From Selaginella moellendorffii (lineage: Eukaryota; Plantae; Lycopodiophyta), in assembly GCF_000143415.4 (NCBI RefSeq), contig NW_003314532.1, forward strand, positions 1 to 15,108: a stretch of DNA of 15,108 bases. The letters are read 5' to 3'. Within the stretch, counting starts at the first letter, position 1, and the number at the start of each line of letters is the position of its first letter. The notes under the pieces are model-generated. The model had not been told where the DNA came from and ran no database searches. It worked only from the letters and a program-made list of their open reading frames with translations. Below, in pieces: positions 7,069 through 15,108 of the stretch. The translations under genes were made by a program, and so were the position numbers.

Positions 7069-10000
7069 AAGGGATCGGGAAAGCTCCTCCTTTGGCAGAG
7101 ACTCTCTTTTGTTCCACCAGAGGCATCCAATAAAATAATTCTCACGTCCATTACAGAGGCTTGCATGGGCTTTCTTCATTGATCTTGCCTTTGCTGTTGG
7201 CTACAAAAAATCTGGAAAGAACGGGATGTTGGTGACTGCATAACAAGCTTGGAGCCACAGTTCATTCTGCCCACGTCCTTCATTAGGCCACACCTCACCT
7301 CCTCTAGCGATGACTCTTTGCTACCTTTGCCAACAGCAACTCCACCAACATCCCTGTAGCTCCTCCTCTGCCAGTTGCTTCACCTCCCACGTCACTCCAT
7401 CACCCTTTCCAGGAACACTGGTGCTCTGTCCCTGCCAGCATTTATACTAAATATGCTATAGCCATAGATCATGAATAGAACAAGAACATTGCACTATTCC
7501 TCAAGAATAAAAGCACTTTCACAATCTGCCCCCCACAATCTACCCTAAAAGATTACAACGATTTCAATCGTCACCACCTCTTTGCCACATGTAAGAATTG
7601 TAACCCTCCATTTGGAGAGTAACAAATCTAATCTGTCTGATTAGGAGCATCCTTAAGTAAAATTCAATATTCTTAGAATGGAATAAAAAATGCCATATGC
7701 CAATAGCACTTTTAAATAAGGGAGTACTAGCAAAAGTCCCAACTACATTGGGAGCATCGTGTTTATTTCTGATGATTTAGTAATTTCAAAGAGTTGTAAT
7801 TAATTTTTAACATATTCATATTGATAACATACATAGCTAAACATAATATAATTTAGATATTATACAATTCAATGTGATTAGATTCATTGATGAATGTGTA
7901 ATAAGTATCATAAGTTTATTTGAAAAATAAAATTAATTTACAAATTAGAATAGCTGGAGCTATTCAACTTTTCTATTTTAAGTTATGAAATATATCATTT
8001 TAGTCAGTACTTATTTGATTTTAATGTTAAAGTATTCTTTTTATTGTGTCTACTATAAGCAACATTTGTACTAGAAAATTATGTTTAATTTTAATAATTT
8101 AATGTTAATATTATGAGTATGATGATGCTGAGATTCCAGCTCCACTGGAAAATATAGATTAAAATAAATATGAAAAAATTCCAAAAGAATATTGAATTAT
8201 TTTAATCACAATTTTTAGTGACTCCTTTAGATATTAAAATAATTGTTTAAATGAAAGGTTTAAATAGTTTATAGTATAGTTGTAAAACTTTATATGAGTA
8301 ATGGAGAGAGTAGTTTTATGAATAATGTTTAGTGCTGATAAGTTTAAAACATATTAAGAGCATAAAAATAACTCTAATACCTTTTATAATAAATAAGAAA
8401 ACAGAATATACTAATAATTATTAATTAGAAGTAACTCTTTTATATTTCTCATTTGCAGAAATTGTATTGAGTTTATGCATGGAATAAAAGCCCACTTTCA
8501 TTCAAGCATAAAGCAATTTTTAATTATAGTGTAAAGTTTGTGTGTATTTAGAGAAAGAAGTGCCCCACCAAGGAGAAGAACAATGACTGAATTTACAAGT
8601 AAAGAGTATATTTGTTTGGAAAGAGTATGATTATTTTGGTTTACCCATTATTAGGAAATTAAAGTAGGTTTTGATTTATTGGGGATGTGATTTAGCTTTC
8701 AATGTTTCTAAAGACAGGTGCTTATCCATTAAATTTCATAAAAGGGGTTTGGGAAACATTGAGTGAAAGTGAAGCCATTGCTCTTGATATGGTAATGGTT
8801 TGAAGTTTCTTTCTGTAGCCTCCTACAAGGAACTCTCAGCTTGTCCAAATTTGATACTTATGTTAGCACTTAGGCTCTTAATGTTCTTAGAGGATTCTCA
8901 TGCAACTAAATCCAACAGGTGGTAAAGATCATTTGGAGAAATGGCTGTATACCTTTAAGTCAGTGATAGACCTTGCTATGATAATAATCCATGCCATCAT
9001 TGAAGTGTTTGTGGCTAAGAACCATACTCTTGGTTGAATCTAGTGCCACAGTCAATGCTCTAATCCCTTACACAGCATTCCTTACATAGCCTTGATTGTG
9101 TCTGTAGGAAAATCTGGGATTCAAGATCAATTTGTCTCTAGAGAAAAAAAACCTTGCTGCTAGAAAAAAATAAAACCAACCAGCAGCTGGTGCTTCAATT
9201 TGGTTCTTCCAAGCCTTTTTGAGGGAAATAATAGTTCTTAGCTTCATTAATGAATTATGTAGAGAAAATTGATGTTTTTATTTGTTTGTTTTGTAATATA
9301 AACACCAGCAAAATGACTATTAGACTTGAGCATAAGAAACTTGCCTTGTTAGCTCTTTTGTGCTCATTTGTGCGAGTCTCAAATGCAATTTTCCTTTACA
9401 AATTGCAATTATGACATTTTCCCCTCTAAAATTTTAGATTGCAGATATTGAGAATTTAAATGCAATTATTCTGGGATATGTTGCAGTAATCTGGTGTGAG
9501 GATTTATGTGCCAAATATTTTCTAGCACCTATCTAACCTTTACATATTTTACTAATCTAAATAACTGGATAACTACAACATATAAAAGTGATTTTCATGT
9601 ATTACCAATAATTAAAACTCTATTCTGAATATAATCACATTATAATGTTCATAAAAATATAAGTCATGTTGCACATTGTGAGGCACACATTCCATCTCGG
9701 ACACATCTCAATGATGGTTGTGATCTTTTGCAGGTCCATTTTTCTTTGGGGTTTCAGGGATTAGAGGGCTTGAATTGATCATTCTTCTTAAGCCAAGAGC
9801 AAATCAAATGAAATAGTAAGATGTAAATCTTTTAGAAATCATATTTAGGAAACTAAGTTGTAATTAAGGAGATAAATAAAAAGTTACATAAGGTTTAAAT
9901 TTATTTCACATAATAGATTTGTTCTGAGAGAGGATAGCTTCAAGGTTGGCAAGATTTTCCCCAAGAAACGAGGAAAAGAACTTCTAACATATCTCTCTCG

Positions 10001-10299
10001 GGAACTTTAATGTCGGGCTTGAGAAACTTGAATTCTCCACAAGATCTGTCCACCATGAAGATCTGAGTTCCCTGGCAGACCTGAACTGTAATGATGCCTC
10101 TAACTTTCATAGTTTACTAAAGAATAATAGAATTTCAATTATGTGTTTAGTTTTACATTTAAAAATATACATAAGTAAATCTATCTAGCTATTCACACTA
10201 CATTAGAAGTGTTTGAGAAAATGTACATCTGTGAGTGCTTGGAATAGTGCTTGGAATATGGAAAGGGAATACAGAAATGTGCATATTAATTGGCCCAAA

Positions 10300-10416
10300 A
10301 AACCTAGCTTATATACAGGAGCGAGTGGTCCAGATTGAAACCAATCCGACGGCTACCAAAATCCCACTACACTAATATTAGTATACGGCATCGTAACCGT
10401 ACACTTGGCCCTCACA
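10300..10416 (-). repeat. Start of the 3' LTR (partial; distal end uncertain)
   Basis: Begins TGTGAGGG just after the PPT and contains TATATAAG (~10308-10315 on minus). No second LTR copy in the window to confirm it. Confidence 0.55.
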
Positions 10417-10419
10417 TCA

Positions 10420-10431
10420 TCCCCTCCTCTC
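10420..10431 (-). other. Polypurine tract (PPT)
   Basis: GAGAGGAGGGGA on minus, 3 nt upstream of TGTGAG and downstream of the integrase. Confidence 0.75.
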
Positions 10432-10532
10432 AGGATAATGGAAGACCATCAGGGTTCTCTTGAAGATGGGCCGGGATCCGAAGGAATGTCAGGAGGAGGC
10501 ATCGGTGGATCTGTAGGTGGTATTAACTCCTC

Positions 10533-13401
10533 CTAATCCCTTTGTACGAAGCTTTTTAGCCGCTGCACATGCACAATCTCTGGAGGATCGGCCTGCTGAA
10601 CATCATGCTGAACCTCATAAACTTGTGGTCCAATTTGTCGCAACACTCAATACGGTCCTTTCCATTGCACAAGAAGCCCCTTAGATAAACCACGTACCGT
10701 AAGATGGGGAAAACGGACTAACACCAAATCATCCACTTTGTACTCCGCAGGTGGACAATGATGGGAGTTGTAGCGCCGTTGTTGTCCCACTTGTATGCGG
10801 CTTAAGTGTTCGGCAGACTCTGCTCGGACAAGTGGAAGAATGCTCGTCAAATACTGATCCCATGATCTAGCATCGGTAGCATGTGGCAATTGCGAAGGTA
10901 AACCCAACTCCATTGGTAATATTGGATCATGATCATATAGGAGTTTATATGGTGAAGCACCAATAGAACTCTGCACCCCTGTAACATATGCATACCGAAG
11001 AGACAGCAAATAACCATCCCAATCCGAATGCTGAAAGTTCACATACTTCGCAATCATCCCTTTGAATGTCCGAACAAGCCGTTCCACCAGACCGTCTAAT
11101 TGTGGATGATAAGCACTTGTGAAAGTGTGGCATATCCCCAACCAAGACGTCAAAACATGAAATGCCTCAGCCATAAATGCGGGACTATTATCCGAAAGAA
11201 TCCGCTTTGGACAAGAATGCTGGAACACCACTCGATTGAGGAGGAAGTATCCAACAGCAATTGCAGAGGCGCTAGCAAGAGCACCAACTTCCACCCAACG
11301 AGTCAAGTAGTCAAAAGCAATAATAATATACTCATTGCCAGCAGTCAACCATGGAAAAGGTCCCATAAGATCGAACACCATTAACTCAAATGGACGGGAA
11401 ACCGCAATTGACTCCAACCGTCCTTCTGCAGCACGAGGGGGAGTATTACAAGCTTGGCACCAAACGCAGCTACGCACATACTGGATAATATCACGTTGCA
11501 TCTCCGGCCAATAGAAAGACCTGCGCAACTTCTCGGTAACACGACGGTGTCCCATATGCCCACCTAGAACAGAAGAATCATGGTAGGCATGGAAAAACCA
11601 TGGAATAAATACCAAAGGCACCACCAGCCGTAAATGATCATCAGGATTCGTCCCCACAAAATAAAGAAGGCCATCGTCAAGGCAATATTGAGAATGTAAA
11701 TGCCGGAAAGGAAAGTCATCAGCAAGGGATGCAGGATTCTCAAACCCATCTCGAAGCCTCTGAATCCACGGCTCAATCTTTTGAGCCTCGCGAACCTCAT
11801 CAAGAGAAGGTAGATCTTGCTCTGCACCTTGTGGACACTGAACGTCAAGGACAGCAACCGCCGACAGCACAGAATCCTCATCTAGAAAATCCACAGATGC
11901 TGGAACAACAGGTTTGTCAGAAATATGAGAAGTGAGTGGCGAAGGAAGAGGAGCTCGAGAAAGGGTATCAGCATCAGCCATAGAACTCCCTGGGCGATGA
12001 ACAACATCGAAATCATATATCTGAAACTTCAAAGCCCATCGAGCCGTACGACCAACCAGGTTTTTCCGCTTCAATAATGAAGTAACAGCAGCATGGTCAC
12101 CTTCAAGTAACGTCCGAGAACCATGTAGATAGGCATGAAGTTTCTCGAAACCCCAGACTGCTGCTAAACACTTCTTCTCCATCGTGGAGTAGTTCATCTC
12201 TACTGGTTGTAATGTACGGCTTATGTATGCAATAGGATGGCACTGACCCGGCACACTCGAGCTCTCTTGCATCAACACACCTCCAAGACCAATGTTAGAA
12301 GCATCCACGCGCAAAATAAAAGGTCGAGTGTAGTCAGGATATGCCAAAACCGGAGGAGTCGTCAATAGTTCTTTGAGATCCATGAATGCTTGCTCACAAT
12401 CCAGAGACCAGATAAAAGATGACGTTGATGACTTCAACAACGCTCGCAATGGTGTAGTGTGATCAGAAAGATGATCCACAAAAAGACCAAGATACTGCAC
12501 CTTACCCAAAAAGCGCTGCATATCATTCACACACTTCGGAGTAGGGAACTTTAGAACAGCCATAAGTTTGTTAGGATCAACTTGCAAACCCTCACGAGAA
12601 ATACGGTACCCAAGATAAGTTGTGTCCTTGGACCCAAACACACACTTTGACCGCTTCAGCTTTAAACCAATGTCGCGTAGCCGATCCAACACTTTACAAA
12701 CATCACGAACGTGCTCCTCCCACGTCCCCTCCGAGTGGATCAAGACATCATCAATGAAGTCAGCAGTCACCTCTGGCATATCACAAAGAACCTCGTCCAT
12801 CATCCGCTGGAAAGTTGCTGGAGCATTGTTCAAATCAAACGGCATCACCAAGAACTCGTACAAACCAAATGGTGTACGAAAAGCAGTCTTAGGAATATCT
12901 TCTTCGGCCATCAGTACTTGCCAATACCCAGAAGCAAGACCTAGCTTGGTGAACCAACGACTTCGCCCCAGACAATCCAAGAGATTAGCAGTGTGAGGAA
13001 GAGGATACACATCTTTTAATGGACGATAGTCGATTACTTCGTCCACTCACTTCGTTTAATGGACGATAGTCGATGCAGAAACGAATACTCCCATCAGGCT
13101 TCGTCACAAGATGAAGTTCATATGTCCAAGGACTCCGCGACTTCCGAATAACACCCTTCTCTAGCATTTCCTTGACGTTTGCTCGTAAAATCTTGATCTC
13201 CTTAGGTGATCGACGATGAACAAGAACCTTGATTAGACGAGCATCCCCGGTTGGAATCGGATGACGTGTGGCAATCTTGGCCCCAAAAAATAAGTCAAAT
13301 TCAAAGAGATCAGAATACTCCTTCATGAGCCGGTCAACTGCTGCAACACAAAGATCGTCGGAGGGATCAGAAAAGGGAAAAGCAGAACAAGATGGAAACA
13401 C
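10533..13401 (-). pseudogene. pol: Gypsy pol pseudogene (RT, RNase H, integrase with GPY/F tail)
   Basis: RT: SPW..KPDGSIRFCIDYRPLN, KTAFRTPFGLYEFLVMPF, FIDD. RNase H: VDAS, DH, DTLSR. IN: H..H..CxxC, D-D-E (VFDLMGP, ILSDN, GLVER), WKGPY..VHVQRLK. Lesions: frameshifting insertion at ~13015-13055, KLGL for KLDL, PFDL for PFGL, EKK for EKE, premature TGA at 10647-10649. Confidence 0.92.
13015..13074 (+). repeat. 20-bp perfect direct repeat disrupting RT
   Basis: tttaatggacgatagtcgat at 13015-13034 and 13055-13074. Confidence 0.95.
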
Positions 13402-13626
13402 AAAAGGAAAGAGTGGGGGAACAAAAGTAATAGAAGCAGAGGTAGAAGTAGAGGGACGAAGAGGTATGGAAGTGAGAGGAATGGATGAAAGCCTGTGAGG
13501 ATCAAATAATCATCAAACAATCGATCCATACTTTCTATATCTCAAAAGCAAAGCTACCTCTATGTGCTCAAACGCATAGAAGGCCTTGTTGCTCTCTCGG
13601 TCTCTAGCACCATCAACCTTTTACCT

Positions 13627-13910
13627 TTAGGACGGAGAATGCTTGTCTATAAGCTCCTGGGAGAAGGTCCATAGCTTGTGAGCGAGCTCGGGATCTCTAC
13701 CATAAGCACTACAGTTGGATTTGTTGGACTCCACGAAGTATTGCCTGGTGATGTCCTTGAGGCTTGGATGTAAAGCTGTGTAGCACGTTGTAGCAGCGCC
13801 CTGAGAGATCAATCACGTATTAGTCATGAAAAACTTCCAGATAATTGGGAGAATTCTTCTTACCTGTGGCACATTTTTCCAAAGGAAGCTGGAGAAGAAC
13901 TTGAGAATCC
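13627..13910 (-). pseudogene. Last two exons (13910-13864, 13800-13627) of a Tic32/retinol-dehydrogenase-like short-chain dehydrogenase; upstream exons absent
   Basis: ILKFFSSFLWKNVPQ|GAATTCYTALHPSLKDITRQYFVESN...DPELAHKLWTFSQELI matches the C-terminal pattern of plant RDH/Tic32-like SDRs (K.VPQGAATTCY.ALHP...G.YF.D.N...D..LA.KLW.FS); 63-nt GT..AG intron. Confidence 0.8.
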
Positions 13911-13981
13911 CTGTATGAAGATCAAAGTTCCATAAGTAACCAAAAGTTTTCTTGGTCTCTAGCACCATCAACCTTTTACCT

Positions 13982-14142
13982 TTAGGACGGAGAATGCTTG
14001 TCTATAAGCTCCTGGGAGAAGGTCCATAGCTTGGGAGCGAGCTCGGGTTCTCTGCCATAAGTGCTACAGTTGGATTTGTTGGAATCCACAAAGTATTGCC
14101 TGGTGACGTCCTTGAGGCTTGGATGTAAAGCTGTGTAGCACG
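13982..14142 (-). pseudogene. Second, 5'-truncated copy of the SDR last exon
   Basis: CYTALHPSLKDVTRQYFVDSNKSNCSTYGREPELAPKLWTFSQELIDKHSPS*; lacks the splice acceptor and the GAAT start of the exon. Confidence 0.8.
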
Positions 14143-14226
14143 ATGATGATTCTGGCTGCTTTCTCCTCACCAATCTTCTCGCAAATATGCTATATTTAAA
14201 AGACCAAATAATTATGGAATAACGCC

Positions 14227-15108
14227 TTAAGAAAGGAAGGCAATATTTCCACCAACGAACGTAACCACTCGAGGAAAAATGCCCGTGCCCTGTCCAAAAG
14301 GAGACTCGGGCAACACCACAAAGTCGGCAAACTTTCCTGGCATCAGCGACCCAACCAAATCCTCCAATGCAGCTGCATACACAGCCGAGGATGTGTACGT
14401 GTGAATCCAAAAACAAGGACTGCATTTCAGCTTCTCATCTGTTTTCTCTTACCCTACCACTGCGTCCTATGCAGAAATCCTTTCCTCGGGAATCCAGGGA
14501 TGACTCCAGCCTGAAGGTGTTCTCTCCACAGCTGTGCGGATCCCTCCAACTGGATTCACTGCTACCACCTTGAGACAAACCATTCACGTAATGCCGAAGA
14601 AAAAGTATTTGACAGGCTTACAGGCCAGTTGGATCCTAGAGCAACCACACTACCGTTTCCGAGGAGGGACTGGAGGTTATAAGATCTGCGTGAGTGCTTC
14701 TCACCAAGTTTCTTCATGGCGTAGTAAGCATCATCTAGAAGTTTCTCTGGCTGTGCAAAAATATAGGGTTTTGCAATGGAGGCAAAATGCACTCATCTGC
14801 TTACTTGCATCGACACAGATATGGAGAACTTCCCAAATTTGAGGTGTGCTCCAGGTGAAAGGTGCTGTGCATGCTCTACCTGCAATCCCACAAGTTCAGT
14901 GATACAAACGTAGATTTGTTCATCATTACTCTCAATCGATGTCCTTGACGAGGATGTTTAGAAATAGCGTCAGTGTAAATTCCAAGTACATCATCGTATG
15001 CTGCATCACCAATTGCATGTACTGCTAACTGAAGTTCATGATTAAGCATTGGATCAAGGATCATGTAAGTACCTGTAATTTCAACTCAGAAGCAGCACTC
15101 ACCGACTC
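14227..15108 (-). pseudogene. 3' half of an amidohydrolase-3 family gene (LAF3/YtcJ-like), probably pseudogenised; exons ..15073, 15028-14930, 14879-14805, 14750-14622, 14568-14453, 14398-14227
   Basis: Spliced translation gives LAVHAIGD..HRLR|VEHAQHL..SMQ|PEKLLDD..LGSNWP|VVAVNP..W.PEERIS..|YT..A.YAA..ED.VGSL.PGKFADFVVL..TFVGG, which are family hallmarks. Lesions: in-frame TAG at 14469-14467, GSNWP for GSDWP, last intron ends in AC (14400-14399). Confidence 0.88.

Larger units (their letters stand above)
10300..13500 (-). mobile_element. Truncated, degenerate Ty3/gypsy LTR retrotransposon (RT-RNaseH-IN order; gag, protease and 5' LTR missing)
   Basis: RT, RNase H and integrase motifs in gypsy order, then a polypurine tract and a TG-initiated LTR start. 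Both outer boundaries are approximate. Confidence 0.93.
13599..14142 (+). repeat. 189-bp direct duplication (13599-13787 and 13954-14142), about 8 mismatches
   Basis: Manual alignment at a constant offset of 355 with no indels. Confidence 0.93.

Noticed and set aside
7948-7965. gaatagct-gg-agctattc hairpin as a Helitron 3' end
   Set aside because: AT-rich stem, and no CTRR terminus at the expected distance that I can support.
303-8144. 14/15 match gagaatccagctcca (303-317) vs gagattccagctcca (8130-8144)
   Set aside because: Too short and surrounded by low-complexity AT-rich sequence to establish a repeat family.
10234-10257. Tandem 12-mer agtgcttggaat x2
   Set aside because: Simple local duplication with no link to an element boundary; not an array or CRISPR.
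10945-12996. Small ORFs overlapping pol on either strand
   Set aside because: Shadow frames of the retrotransposon pol gene.
13982-14425. 147-aa ORF as a real fusion protein
   Set aside because: It starts in an intron, reads the amidohydrolase last exon out of frame, and enters the SDR fragment by chance.

Overview
Eukaryotic, plant-like genomic DNA. The GT-AG introns are very short (44-63 nt), there is a Ty3/gypsy remnant, and there are land-plant-type SDR and LAF3-like genes. A compact-genome plant such as the lycophyte Selaginella is my guess (inference only). The standout is a GC-rich island of about 4.1 kb (1071-5167) bounded by ~115-120 bp inverted repeats with a perfect 38-bp core. 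It carries two divergently transcribed Fic-domain (AMPylase-type) genes, both with an intact HPFx(D/E)GNGRxxR motif. One appears to have short spliceosomal introns and the other is intronless. Two small, possibly spliced ORFs point inward from the repeats. The rest of the window is AT-rich or degenerate DNA (1-1070, 5200-10300), a 5'-truncated and inactivated Ty3/gypsy element (minus strand, with pol, PPT and the start of the 3' LTR), a tandemly duplicated 3' fragment of a Tic32/retinol-dehydrogenase-like SDR gene, and the 3' half of a pseudogenised LAF3/YtcJ-like amidohydrolase gene.
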